DNA of 64,000 nucleotides from Candidatus Eiseniibacteriota bacterium (GCA_963717935.1 CAVQXP010000004.1:32001-96000), one strand, 5' to 3'; shown: positions 41,792 to 53,323, counted from the first letter of the stretch. Translations and numbers: made by a program. Notes: generated by a model from the sequence alone, not told the origin.

Positions 41792-44700
41792 ATGAGACCT
41801 CCCATCTTCCTGTGCCTGCTCGCCGTCATCGCCGCTTCGCTGCAGCCCATGCTCGCCCCGGAGGCGCGGAGCGAGACCGCGCGCCTCACGGTGCTCCACA
41901 CCACCGACCTGCATGGCGCGCTCACCGCGCATGACTACCTCGCGGACCGGCCGGCCCCGGCCGGGCTCGTGAGGATCGCCAGCCTGGTGCGGGCCGTGCG
42001 CGCCGAGGGACAGCCGGTGCTGCTGCTCGACGGCGGCGACGCCATCCAGGGCGGAGCGCTCGAGACGTTCTACTGGCGCGGCGACCTGTCGCGGCCCGAA
42101 CCGATGATGGCGGCCATGACGCGCCTGGGCTACGACGCGATGGCGGTCGGGAACCACGAGTTCTCCTGGGGGCCCGCGGGGCTGGCGCGGGCGCAAGCCG
42201 AGGCCGGCTTCCCCTGGCTCGCCGCCAACGTCGTGCGCGCACCGGACGGCAGCCTCGCCTTCGGCGCTTCGATCGTGAAGGCCCTCGCCGGCGTGCGCGT
42301 CGGCGTGGTCGGGCTCACCACGCCGGCCGTGCCCGCGCTCGAGGACTCGGCGAACTGGGCCGGCCTGCGCTTCCTCTCCCCGCTCGAGACCGGGAACGCC
42401 GAAGTGAAGCGGCTGCGCGAGGTCGAACGATGCGACGTGGTGGTGGTGCTCGCCCACACCGGGCTCGAGAAGGACCCGGCCACGGGAGTCGAACGCCAGG
42501 GCGACGCACCCGACGAGAACTGGGGCACGCGCCTGGCCGCCGGGCTGCAGGGCGTGGACGTGCTCATCCTGGGCCACACGCACGCGGAGCTGGTGCATGC
42601 GAACCCGCCCGCCGGGCCGCTGGTCGTGCAGGCGGGCCACGACGCCGAGTCGCTCGGCCGCGTGGACCTCGAGTTGACACGCGGCGGCCCGCAGGAGCCG
42701 TGGCACCTCGGGCTGCGCCGCGGCCAGACGATCGCCCTGGCCGATTCGGTCCCGGTGGACGCCGAGCTGGACGCCTTCGCCGCGCCCTACCACGCAGCCG
42801 CTCAGGCGGCGCTGAGCGAGCGCATCGGCCGGGCCACGCAGGACATCGGCTCGCCGCAGGGGCGCTTCGCCGACGGCCCGCTCTGGGACCTGCTCCACGC
42901 GGCCCAGCTCGAGGCCAGTGGCGCGGACGTCTCGCTGGCCGCGCTGCTTCGATCCCGCGGCCGTCATCCGCCGCGGCCCGGTGACCGTGCGCGACGCGCT
43001 GCGCGCCTACCCGTACGACAACACGCTCGCCGTGGTCGAGTTGACGGGCGCCGAGTTGCACCAGGCGCTCGAGCGCTCGGCGCGCTACTACGCGCCGTAC
43101 ACCTTCGAGGCCGGTCACGCCCTCGCCGAGCCGGGGATGGCGGGCTACAACCTGGACGCCGCGCAGGGCGTCAGCTACGAAGTGGACCTCACGCGCCCCG
43201 CGGGCGAGCGGATCGTCAACCTCATCTGGCAGGGGCAGCCGCTCGCGCCCGACCAGAAGCTCAAGGTCGCGGTCAACAGCTACCGGCTGAACGGCGGCGG
43301 CGGCTTCGAGGAGATCTCGCGCGCGCCGCGTCTGGCTCGCCCACGGGCCCGAGGTGCGCGAGGCGCTGGTGGACCACGTCCGCCGGGCCGGCACGCTCGA
43401 GACCCGCACGGATCGCTCCTGGACCGTGCTGCCCGACTACGCCCCGAGCCCGGAGCGGCCGCTGGTGGACCTGCTGGTGCGCCGGGGAGTGGCACCGAAG
43501 GACGAGGTGCTGCACCTGTTCCCCGACGAGCCGGCGCGCCGCACCGACCTCGCGCTACTGGCTGGCGCGCGCCTTCGACTGGCGCGAGAAGCGGCTCTCG
43601 GGCGCCTTCGCCGACGTGCCCGACGCGCTCGAGCCCTGGCTCGACGGGCTGCTCAAGCGCGGCGTGCTCGGGAGCGAAGCCACGCAGCGAGCTCATCCGG
43701 CCGTTCGTCGGTGGCCTCGCTCGCCAACGCCCAGGACTGGTGCGAGGCGGCAGCCCGGGCCGTCGGGCTACGCGCTCGGGAGCGATGCCGAACGCGCCTC
43801 GTTCCGCCGCGGCCTCCTGACCGGCACGAGCCGTCGCGGGCCGTGGCGACACGCTGACGCGCGCACAGGTGCTGGGGCTCGTCGCCAACACCCGCTTCCC
43901 CACCGTGCGGGTGCTCGAGACCACCGACTTCCACGGCGCGCTGCTGCCGGGCGCCACGGAGCGCCGGCAGCGGACGCGCCTACGGCGGCTCCGCGGTGCT
44001 GGCCGCGCATCTGCGGCGGCTGCGGGCCGAGAATCCCGAGGGCACGATCCTGCTGGACGGCGGCGACACCTTCCAGGGCACGATGATCTCGAACCTGCAG
44101 TACGGCCGCCCGGTGGTCGAGCAGATGAACCTGCTCGGCTACAGCGGCTTCGCCGTCGGCAACCACGACTTCGACTGGTCGGCCGACACTCTCGCGCGGC
44201 GCGTGGCCGAGATGCGCTTCTCCGCGCTTCGGCGCCAACCTGGTCGAGCGCAGGAGCGGCCGCATGCCGCGCTGGGTGCGCAGCGACACGCTGCTCGTGC
44301 GCCGCGGCGTGCGCGTCGGACTGTTCGGCCTGTCCTACGTCGGGACGCCGAGGGTGACGCTGGCGACCAACGTGGCACACCTGCGCTTCGAAGACGACTC
44401 GGCCACCGCGGCTCGGCTCGTGCCCGCGCTGCGCAAGCGCTGGCGCCCGCAGCTGGTGATCGAGATCGGCCACACGCCCGGCCGAGACCGACTCGACGCG
44501 GCACGCCTCGGGCGACCTGGCGCGGCTCGCGCGCGGGGTCCCGGGCGTGGACCTGTGGATGGGCGGCCACAGCCACAACTACGTCCTCGACGAGATCGGC
44601 GGCGCGACCGTGATGATCCCGGGCTCGCAGGGCCAGGCGGTCGGCGTCTGCGACCTCACGGTGGACCCGGTGGCCGGGCGCGTCGTGGAGCGCCGTGCCC

Positions 44701-45379
44701 GGCTCATCACCACCTACGCCGACGAGGTCACGCCCGACAGCACCCTCGCCGGCGCGGGTGGCGGACTGGAACGCGAGCGTGGCGCACGCTCGCGGCCACG
44801 CCCATCGGACGCAACGCGCGCACGCTCACGCGCGGCCGCGGCGGGGAGTCCACGCTCGGCGACCTGGTGGCCGACGCGATGCGGGCCGAGGCGAAGGCCG
44901 ACATGGCGTTCACGAACAGCGGCGGCCTGCGAGCCGACCTGCCCGCGGGCACGATCACCAGGGGCTCGGTCTACGAGGTCATCCCCTTCGACAACACCCT
45001 GGTGATGGTGAGGCTCACGGGCGCCAGGGTGCGCGACGCTGCTCGAGGACGGGCCTGGCCCATGGACGGGTCTCCCAGCAGAGCGGGCTGCGCTACCGCT
45101 TCGACCTGTCGCGCCCGCCGGGGCAGCGCCTGCTGTCGGTGACGCTCGCCGACGGCTCGGCCCTCGACGAGCACGAAGACCTACACCGTGGCGGTCAACA
45201 ACTTCATGGCCTGCGGGCGGCGACAACTACGACACGCTGGCGCGCGACGAAGGACCAGACGGACACCGGGCGTGCTGGTGCGCGACGCGCTCGAGCGCTA
45301 CCTGGCGGCGCGCACGAAGGACGGCCCGCTCGACGTGGGGACGGACGGACGCATCGAGCGCGTGGGCGGAGGCGAGTAG
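41792..45379 (+). CDS. Secreted tandem 2',3'-cyclic-nucleotide phosphodiesterase/5'-nucleotidase (YfkN-like), multiply frameshifted
   Basis: Two metallophosphoesterase modules (HTTDLHG/GNHEF/GHTH and ETTDFHG/GNHDFD/GGHSH), each with a 5'-NT C-domain (YPYDNTL; NSGGLRAD..PFDNTL), spread over several frames. Confidence 0.85.
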
Positions 45380-45402
45380 CGGAAGCAGCGGATCGCGGCA
45401 GA

Positions 45403-45441
45403 CCCGAGCCCCCGGCGGGAGGATCCCGCCGGGGGCTCGGG
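45403..45441. terminator. Perfect 18-bp hairpin between convergent genes
   Basis: CCCGAGCCCCCGGCGGGA-GGA-TCCCGCCGGGGGCTCGGG. Confidence 0.75.
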
Positions 45442-45479
45442 CGTTTCGCGCGAAGCGCGGGCGGGGTCGCCCGCCACGC

Positions 45480-46700
45480 TCAGCGCGCCTTGCCCGGGTC
45501 GAGTCGCGCCCGTCGGCCGCGTAGCCGATGCCCGACTTCTCGAGGTAGGAGCGCACTCCCGCCGCGAGCTGGCTGCGCGATCTGGCGCTGGAACTCCTCG
45601 CTCGCCAGCAGGCGGGCCTCGACCGGGTTGTTGATGAAGGCGGTCTCGACCAGCACGGACGGGAACTCCACCGACTTGAGCACCACGAAGCCCGCCTGCT
45701 TCACGCCGCGCTCTTCGAGCCGCCGGTCCCGGGTGACGTGGTCGAGCAGGGTCTCGGCAAGCAACTGGCTCTGCTGCAGCACCGAGGAGCGCTTCACGTC
45801 GTACAGGATGCTCACGAGGTCGTCCTCGGCCCGCGCCGGCACGCCACCCACCAGGTCGGCCGCGTTCTCCATGTCGGCCAGGTCCTTGGTGGCCTGGTCC
45901 GTGGCCCCGCGCAGGGACAGGAAGAAGACCTCGGTGCCGCTCCCGCTGCCGCGCCGCGACGAGGAGTTGGCGTGCAGGCTGATGAACAGGTCCGCCTTCG
46001 CCCGCTCGGCGATGCGGTAACGCTCGCGCAACGGGATGAAGCGTGTCGCTCGTCGCGCGTCAGCACCACGCGGATGCCGGGCGTCTTCTCCAGCTCCTCG
46101 GCGAGCGCGCGCGCCACGGCCAGATTGGCCCGTTTCTCCAGCACGCCGCGCGGCCCGCGCGCGCCGACGTCCTCGCCGCCGTGCCCGGCGTCCACGACCA
46201 CGACGCGCACCCGCGGCTGCCTCTTCCCGGCCGCGACGCCGGCCGGGGCCTTGTCCGCGACCGCCGCGGCGCCGGGGCGCACCAGGTCCACCACGATGCG
46301 GAACGGCTTGTCCCCTCGGCGGCTTCAGGGTGAAGACGCGGAAGCGCGTCGTGTCGCGCAGCCACACCTGGAAGCGCGCGCTCCTGCGCTCGGTGAACAC
46401 CACGACCGAGTCCACCAGCCCGTCGCGCACGGCGAGCACGGCGGGCACGCCGGCCGCGCGCAGCAACTGCTGGCCCGGCACGCTCACCACCAGCGCGCGA
46501 GGACCGGCCGGAATCCGGCGCCACCATGGCGCACGGGCGCGGAGAAGTCGAACACCACGCGCGTGGAGGTCGGCGCCGACCAGGAGCGCAGACCGGTGAG
46601 GAAGACACCACGCGGGGCGGCCGCGGCGGGGCCAGGGCCCGCAGCGAGCAGCAGCGCCGCGATCAGGACCGCGAGGCGCAGCACCGGGTGGAACGTGATC
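45480..46700 (-). CDS. N-acetylmuramoyl-L-alanine amidase (AMIN plus Amidase_3), frameshifted; ends approximate
   Basis: LRSWSAPTSTRVVFD, VVVDAGHGGED, LFISLHANS, SVLVETAFINN across frames. Confidence 0.85.
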   Translation of the reverse strand, partial: DHVPPGAAPRGPDRGAAARCGPWPRRGRPAWCLPHRSALLVGADLHARGVRLLRARAPWWRRIPAGPRALVVSVPGQQLLRAAGVPAVLAVRDGLVDSVVVFTERRSARFQVWLRDTTRFRVFTLKPPRGQAVPHRGGPGAPRRRGGRGQGPGRRRGREEAAAGARRGRGRRARRRGRRRARAARRAGETGQSGRGARARRGAGEDARHPRGADARRATRFIPLRERYRIAERAKADLFISLHANSSSRRGSGSGTEVFFLSLRGATDQATKDLADMENAADLVGGVPARAEDDLVSILYDVKRSSVLQQSQLLAETLLDHVTRDRRLEERGVKQAGFVVLKSVEFPSVLVETAFINNPVEARLLASEEFQRQIAQPARGGSALLPREVGHRLRGRRARLDPGKAR

Positions 46701-46793
46701 GTGCCCTCCCTGGCTCCCCGTGACGGTTCGTCACGGGTGGCGGCGGCGGGACCGCGCCCGCCGCCGCCCTCCGGGTTCCTCACGCGCCGGGCC

Positions 46794-48276
46794 TCACTCG
46801 AGCCCCAGCGGCACGTAGCGCGTATTGCCGTCGGTCGTCACGAGCAGCACCGCGTGCGCCTTGCCGGCCGCCTTGGCGTCGCGCAGCACCTTCGCGAAGG
46901 CCGCTGCCGACGCCACCGGCTTGCCGCCCACCTCCTCGATCAGGTCGCCCGGCTGCAGCCCCGACTCCTGCGCGGCGCTGCCGTCCTTCGACCGCGGTCA
47001 CGATCACCCCCGACTGCGCGGAGGCACCGGTCCTTCTCCTCGGGCGTGAGGTCGCGCACCCGCAGACCCCCGGGTGCGGGCGCCGGCTCGTCCCCGCCGG
47101 ACGGCCGCGACCGGGCCACCGCCGCGTCCGTGCGCTCGGCCAGCGTCAGCGTGACGGGCAGACGGCGTCCGTCGCGCAGCACGACCAGGTTGATGCGGCT
47201 CCCCACCGGCATATCGGCCACCTGGAGGCGGAACTTCTGCATGTCCGCGACCGGCGCGCCGTTGAGCTCGACGATGACGTCGTTGCGCTTGAGACCCGCC
47301 CGGGCGGCCGGCTGCCCGTCGAGCACGCTCCTGCACCACCACGCCCCTGGTGCCCTTGATGCCGAAGCCCTCCGCCAGCTCGGGGGTCAGTTCCGCCAGC
47401 GTCACGCCCATCCAGGCCCGCTTCACCTTGCCCGAGGCGATGAGCTGCTCGGCCACGTGCTTCGCCAGGTTGATGGGGATGGCGAAGCTGATGCCCTGTC
47501 CGCTCGGGTTGATGGCGGTGTTGATGCCGATGGCCTCGCCGTGGATGTTGCAGAGCGGGCCGCCCGAGTTGCCGAAGTTGATCGAGGCATCGGTCTGGAT
47601 GAAGTCCTGGTACGTCGGCGCGCGCACCGAAGATGTTCAGGTTCGAGCGCCCCTGCGCGCTGATGATGCCCACGGTCACCGAGCCGCGCAGCTCGCCCAG
47701 CGGATTGCCGATCGCGATGGCCCAGTCACCGATGCGCAGCTGGTCCGAGTCGCCCAGCGGCAGCGACGGCAGGTCCCGGCCCTCGATCTTGATGATGGCG
47801 ACGTCGGTCTCCTGGTCGGTGCCGACCACCTTGGCCTTGAAGGTCCGCTTGTCGTTGAGCGTGACGGTGATGGCCTCGGCGTTCGTGACCACGTGGTTGT
47901 TCGTCAGGATGTGCCCCTCGGGGTCGATCAGGAAGCCCGAGCCGGAGGAGGGCTCGACGCGCGGCCGTGAAGGCCGCTCCTGGCCGAAGAAGCGGCGGAA
48001 CATCTCGTCCTGCGGGAACGCCGTCACGCCCGACACGTTCTTCTTCACGTCGATGAAGACGACCGCCGGGAGCGTCTGCTCGACGACTCCGACGAACGGG
48101 CTCTCGAGGGAGCTTCCGCCGCCCGCGATCGCGGGGCGCTCCCGGCGCTGGGCGACGGAGTCGCGCTGCAGGCTGAGCCCGACGCTGAGGCCCAGGCCGA
48201 TCACGAGTCCCGCGAGGATGAGGACCGCTGCCGTGAGGTAGTGGCTGCGCGGCCGGGTGAAAGGCTCACTGCTCAT
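46794..48276 (-). CDS. degP: DegP/HtrA (Do) serine endoprotease with two PDZ domains, frameshifted
   Basis: [49 protein letters not shown] segments. Confidence 0.88.
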
Positions 48277-48601
48277 GGAGAATCCCCCTGTCAGGTGTCC
48301 GGCACCGGGCCCTGGTCTCCTCGTGCCGCGGCGTCTGCGCGGACGGGGCGCCCGCGGAAGCGGGTCGCGGGCCTCCGTACGGTGCGGGCCGGAGTACCCA
48401 TGATCGTCGTACCGTTAGGTTATCGCGTACCGTCGAAAGGCTGTCAGAAAGCCGTCAATTGTCCGCGCCGGCAGGCCGGGCGCGGTGTGGAGCGCCCTGG
48501 CCGCGGCATCTCCGCGCCGGCCGCGCGCAGTATAACCCGCGGCGGCGGTGCGTCACCCAGGCGGTGGAAGCCCGGACGGCGGCTCGGCTACACTGCGGCC
48601 C

Positions 48602-49336
48602 ATGCCCCCCGAGGCCGTGTACTTCATCTCCGACGCCCACCTGGGCGTCGACGATCGCGCGAGCGCGAGGCGGCGCGCGAGGACCGGCTTCACGCTTTCC
48701 TGCACTCGCTGCCCGGCCGCGCCTCCGCCCTGGTCATCGTCGGTGACCTGTTCGACTTCTGGTTCGAGTACCGCACGGCCATCCCGCGGCGGCACTTCGC
48801 CACGCTCGCCATCCTCAAGCGCCTGCGCGAATCGGGCGTGGCGCTCAGCTACCTCAACGGCAACCACGACTTCTGGCTCGGGCGCTTCCTCGCCGGAGAG
48901 GTCGGGATCGAGACGCACGACGGCCCCCTGGCGCTCGCCACGCAGGGCCGCCGGATCTGGCTCCATCACGGGGACGGACTGGTCGGCGGCGACCTGGGCT
49001 ACCGCGTGCTCCGGCGCGTGATCCGCCACCCGCTCAGCATCGCGCTCTACGGACTGCTGCACCCCGACCTCGGCATCCCGCTCGCCCACCAGGTCTCGCG
49101 CTGGTCGCGCCGCTCGCGCGGAGAGCGGCCGCTCGAGCCGGAGCGGCTGTGGCGCGAGATCGCGCTGCCGCGCTTCGCCGAGGGATTCGACACGGTGATG
49201 GTGGGCCACTTCCACCACGTCTACGAGCGGCGCGAGCCGGGCCGCGAGTTCTTCCTGCTCGGCGACTGGATCGACGCGCTTCAGTCACGCGGTGCTCGAG
49301 GACGGCGCGGTGCGGATCGAGAACTGGGGCGCGTGA
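48602..49336 (+). CDS. lpxH: UDP-2,3-diacylglucosamine diphosphatase, frameshifted
   Basis: YFISDAHLG, GDLFDFWFEY, GNHDFW, HHGD, VGHFH, LGDWI. Confidence 0.85.
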
Positions 49337-49345
49337 GCGCGCGGC

Positions 49346-50285
49346 TCAGAACTGTGCGGTGAACGAGATGCGGTGCGTGTCGCCCAGGTCGAGGCGCAGG
49401 GGCACGAAGGCGTAGTCCACGCGCAGGCCGGCGAGCGCGTACCCCACGCCCAGGCTGTAGCTCGACGCGTCGTCGTTCACGCGCAGCCCGCCGCGCAGCG
49501 CGGCGGCGCCCGCGCCGTTCGCTCCGCCCGCGGTGGCGAGCTCCACGCCCAGCATGCCGACGCCGCTGCGGCCGCGCGTGAAGCGGCCCTCGAGCGCCGT
49601 CCGCAACACCGCGCCGGGGGCGAGCGCGCGCTGCCAGGAGCCACCCGTCTGCACCGCCGCCGGCAGCGTCGACGGGCGCGCCCGGGCCACCCTCGAGATT
49701 GAACCGGGCGGCCGGGCCGAGGTTGTACGCGCTGAGCCCCAGCCGCAGACCGCTCACGCGCGCCGGTGCCCATACCGCGCCGAGCCCGGCCGCGCAGGTG
49801 CTGGCCGAGGCGTCGGCGATGCGCTCGCGCAGGACCTGCACGGTGCCGCCCACGCTCAGCCCGGCTGCGACGGAGCGCCCGTAGGCCAGCGCGAACTCGA
49901 GGTCGTGCGCGCCGAAGGAACCGATCAGGTTCCCCAGCACGTCGCGCTCCTCGATGGGCTCGGAGTAGAGCGCGCGGAGCGAGGCCGCGAGCCCACCGCC
50001 GAGGACGCTGGCCCGCGACCACGAACTGCTCGTGGCGCAGCGTCTGCATGTACTCGGCGTGCGTACCGGTGATCTGCGACGCCCTTCACGTCCTCGAGCC
50101 CGGCCGGATTCCAGAAGACCGCCTCGACGCCCTGGGCGAGCGACGCGAAAGCGCCCCCGAGCGCGGAGGCGCGTGCGCCCGCCGGCACCTCGAGGAAGGC
50201 GAAGCCGGACGGAGCGCAGGATGGCGGGCCGTGCGCAGAGCAGGACGAGCACGGCGCACGCCGCCGCGGTGCGGAATGGCTTCAT
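49346..50285 (-). CDS. PorV/PorQ-family outer-membrane protein, frameshifted
   Basis: AFLEVPAGARASALGGAF..AVFWNPAGL; C-terminal VDYAFVP..LGDTHRISFTAQF. Confidence 0.78.
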
Positions 50286-50410
50286 CGAGTCCCCTCGGAG
50301 CGGGCGCCGATCGGCTGAGAGCGGCACCAGGAGGATGCGGGCGAGGCGGAGCCGGCCCTCCCGGCCCCGCTCCTCGCCCACGCGGGTGCGGAGTCTACCA
50401 TGCGGAACGA

Positions 50411-51793
50411 TCAGCCCCGGCCACGCCGCTCACCGCTCGAGCCCCGGTCCGAGCTGCCCCGCGCAGGCTTGGAGCGCGGCGCCGGATTGTCCGGCGGCGG
50501 CGAGGGTCGCGCCTCCTCGCTCGGGCGCTCGTACTTCGGCGGCGCTGGCGAGGGTCGCGTCCCCTTGCTCGGGCGCTCGTACTTCGGCGGCGCTGGCGAA
50601 GGCCGCGTCCCCTTGCCCGGGCGCTCGTACTTCGGCGGCGCTGGCGAGGGTCGCGCCCCCTCGCGCGGGCGAACGTAGCGCCCGCTCCCGGCGGGCCCCC
50701 GGGTCGTTCCCGGCCTGCTCGCCTGGCCGGGCCGCACGCCCGCCTGCGGCCGCACGCCCTGCCCCGGCTCCCCGATGGCCGGGCGGTTCGCCCCGACCGG
50801 CACACGCAGGCGCACGCCGTCCGCACCTCTCACGTACGTACCGGCCAGGAAGCCCGGCGGCAGCGGCTTGCCTTCCTTCCAGCGCGACCAGTCGTAACGA
50901 TTCGGCGGCGTATAGCCCACGGGCGGCGCCGTCTTGTAACGCGTGAGATGGCCGCTCCACAGGACGCTCCATTGCCGCTGGCCGTTCCACGACGAGTAGT
51001 AGGGCCGGTCGTATGGCGCGCACGGATAGCAGCGAGGCACGTAGCAGAAGTAGGGCACGGTGCCGAACCAGTAGCGCGGCCCCCAGCTCCAGCCCCAGTA
51101 GACGCGGAAGTCGAACGCCGAGCAGTTCGTGTAGTAGGGATCGTAGCCGTCCCACCAGGCCCACTGGTTGGGACGGTGGCAGTCGTTGCAGAGGTAGCGC
51201 GGGTAGCGCACGGGCTGGTGGATGTAGTACGAGGTGTAGGCCGTGGCGAAGGTCTCGGGGTCGTTCGCATCGCTCAGCACCTGCCGGCGGATGCGCTCCA
51301 TGGCCACGAACGGGTCGCCCATGATGCGTCCGTCCGAGGTCACGTCCTCGTCGTCCTGCTCCTCGCCCACGTAACCGGCACCCTCGGCCTGGGGATCGTA
51401 GGGACGCAGGAAGCGGGGCAGGGCGTTGAAGGGCTCACGGGAGACGAGGGCCACGATGTAGCCCTGCCCCACGGGCCCCTGCACGACGAGCTGCAGGCCG
51501 GACTGGTAGGGCGGCACCCGGTAGGTCTGCCGGCCCGCGACGTAGCCGCTGCTCCCCTCGTAGGGGTACAGCACGCGCACGTAACCCTCCGAGTCGATGT
51601 CGTAGACCAGCAGGTAGCCCTCGTCGGAGGCGCGCACCTTGATCTCGACCGGCTCGCCCGGCTCGTACACCGCGTCCTTGCCCCGATCGGTCCAGATGTC
51701 CACGCCCATCGCCCGGGCCCGAGCCGCGGGCGGGGCGAGGACGAGCCCGATCATGAGGGCGCCAAGAAGCCACCGCGCTCGGAACATGGTCAC
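50411..51793 (-). CDS. Secreted DUF4384-like protein with Tyr/Trp/Cys-rich region and repetitive tail
   Basis: Signal; VDIWTDRG..YEPGE..YLLVYDIDSEG.VRVLYP; CNDCH; low-complexity C-terminus. Confidence 0.8.
   Translation of the reverse strand: MTMFRARWLLGALMIGLVLAPPAARARAMGVDIWTDRGKDAVYEPGEPVEIKVRASDEGYLLVYDIDSEGYVRVLYPYEGSSGYVAGRQTYRVPPYQSGLQLVVQGPVGQGYIVALVSREPFNALPRFLRPYDPQAEGAGYVGEEQDDEDVTSDGRIMGDPFVAMERIRRQVLSDANDPETFATAYTSYYIHQPVRYPRYLCNDCHRPNQWAWWDGYDPYYTNCSAFDFRVYWGWSWGPRYWFGTVPYFCYVPRCYPCAPYDRPYYSSWNGQRQWSVLWSGHLTRYKTAPPVGYTPPNRYDWSRWKEGKPLPPGFLAGTYVRGADGVRLRVPVGANRPAIGEPGQGVRPQAGVRPGQASRPGTTRGPAGSGRYVRPREGARPSPAPPKYERPGKGTRPSPAPPKYERPSKGTRPSPAPPKYERPSEEARPSPPPDNPAPRSKPARGSSDRGSSGERRGRG
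50499..50670. repeat. About 3.5 copies of a 48-bp coding tandem repeat (16-aa RPSPAPPKYERPxxxx)
   Basis: GGGCGCTCGTACTTCGGCGGCGCTGGCGA recurs at 50523, 50571 and 50619. Confidence 0.9.
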
Positions 51794-51880
51794 GCTCCCT
51801 CCGGAGGTCCGGGCCGCTGTCCGTCGGCCGGCCGCGCGTCCCGCGGTTTCTCGGCCGGACGGCGCTCCCGGTCCCTCTCT

Positions 51881-52336
51881 TTACTTCGGTTTCGTCTTCC
51901 TGGTACCCGGCTCGCGACGGGTCTTCTCCCGGACCTTCAGCTCGCCGGGCCCCGGCAGCTTCCCGGAGGCCACCCCGGCCCGCCATGAATCGTAGTCGCG
52001 CGGCTCACGGTAGCGCCGCTGTGCCCGGTATCCTGCCGGGTAGCGGTAGCGGCCGTACGAGGGGTTCTGCTCCTTGATTCGCACGTAGCGTTCGCGGTAG
52101 ACGCGGACCGTTTCCGGGTGACGGTTCCACGCGTAGCGGAACCCGTAGCCCGCGCACCAGTCGTAGTACGGGTCGAGGTAGCGGTACCCGTGACAATCAT
52201 AGCAGTAGTAGCTCGCCGATGGGCGCCCGGTGGAAGCGTAGGATGCAGTCAGCGGGTAGCGCGATCCGACCCAGATCGCGCAGCCCGGGAGCGCGGCGAG
52301 CACCACGGCCGCGCAGGCTGCCTGTGTCCAGCGCAA
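51881..52336 (-). CDS. Tyr/Arg-rich putative lipoprotein
   Basis: LAALPGC lipobox-like; YYCYDCHG; TTG start behind a GGAGGG RBS. Confidence 0.65.
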   Translation of the reverse strand: MRWTQAACAAVVLAALPGCAIWVGSRYPLTASYASTGRPSASYYCYDCHGYRYLDPYYDWCAGYGFRYAWNRHPETVRVYRERYVRIKEQNPSYGRYRYPAGYRAQRRYREPRDYDSWRAGVASGKLPGPGELKVREKTRREPGTRKTKPK

Positions 52337-52347
52337 GAGAGCCCCTC

Positions 52348-53193
52348 CTACTGGTGCAGCCAGACGATGGGCCGCCGCTGCGACACGCCTTCTTCGGTCG
52401 CCGGTGTCGCCTTCAACTCGCGGTTGCCCGGGTCGATCTGGTAGGCCCAGTCGAGCGTGATCTGGGTCGGCCCCACGGCGGTGACGCGGAACTTGGCGTA
52501 GTGGTTGTCACGGGTCCAGACCACGTAGGCATGCCCTACGACGGCCTCGACCGTGCCGCTCGGGGACCAGCCCGAATCGGGAGCGAAGTCCACGGCGTCG
52601 AGCGAGGACGTGTACCCCGCATCCTGGATATCGGTCGAGGGGTCCGGGACGAAGACCTGCTGGTGGATGAGCCCGGTCGTGTCCTCGTAGTAGCCGAAGA
52701 AGATGTCTGCCGGCGGTTCGGTGGTGAGGGTCCGCGCAAAGGCCGAGAAGTCGTAGCCGATGTCCGTGCTGTAGACCAGGTAGTTGTTGAGCACCAGCCC
52801 GGTGCCCGCCGGCCGGGGCGTGTCGAAGACGTTGTCGTAGCTGAGGTCGCCCTCGACGCCCGCATGGTTCACCGCCGCGACCGCGAAGAAGCGCGGCACG
52901 CCGTTCACCAGGCCGGTCACCACGTACTCGACGTATTCGGCGCCCGTCGGCGCCGGAAGGACCGCGATGCGCGTGTAGAGGCAGTCCGGCTCGCCGCACG
53001 GCGACTCGTAGACGCGGTAGCCGACCACATCGGCCTCGGTGTTCGCCAGCCAGACCAGCGTGACCTCGTTGTCGCCGGTGACACTGAACAACCCCCGCGG
53101 AGCCGCGGGCGGCAGGACGGGGGCCGTGGTCCTCTCGCTGCATCCACCGAGGAGGATGCCGAGCGCCACGAGGGGCAGAAGCAGCCTGTTCAT
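52348..53193 (-). CDS. Putative lipoprotein with FN3-like domain and HmuY-like C-terminal region
   Basis: MNRLLLPLVALGILLGGC lipobox; PAAPRGL..VTLVW..GYRVY..GLVNG..FAVAAVN; YVVWTRDNHYAKF. Confidence 0.75.
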   Translation of the reverse strand: MNRLLLPLVALGILLGGCSERTTAPVLPPAAPRGLFSVTGDNEVTLVWLANTEADVVGYRVYESPCGEPDCLYTRIAVLPAPTGAEYVEYVVTGLVNGVPRFFAVAAVNHAGVEGDLSYDNVFDTPRPAGTGLVLNNYLVYSTDIGYDFSAFARTLTTEPPADIFFGYYEDTTGLIHQQVFVPDPSTDIQDAGYTSSLDAVDFAPDSGWSPSGTVEAVVGHAYVVWTRDNHYAKFRVTAVGPTQITLDWAYQIDPGNRELKATPATEEGVSQRRPIVWLHQ

Positions 53194-53248
53194 CAGTTTC
53201 CCTCCGGTCAGGCGTGGCGGTGATGGAGCCATTCGCCGGCATCATAGG

Positions 53249-53263
53249 GCAATGGCCGTGCCA
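53249..53263 (-). promoter_or_regulatory. sigma54 promoter of the lipoprotein/DUF4384 operon
   Basis: TGGCACGGCCATTGC, a perfect TGGCACG-N4-TTGC match. Confidence 0.8.
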
Positions 53264-53323
53264 TGCCACATCGCCGTCCGCACGCGGCGGGGCGCGGGCA
53301 CAACCCCCTGCGGGTCAACGCGG

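Noticed and set aside
48407..48434. Direct repeat CGTACCGT upstream of degP as a regulator site
   Set aside because: Only two 8-bp copies and no recognisable consensus; insufficient support.
50499..50670. Regularly spaced repeats resembling a CRISPR array
   Set aside because: The 48-bp period is in frame, the intervening sequences are similar rather than unique, and no cas genes are present. It is a coding repeat.
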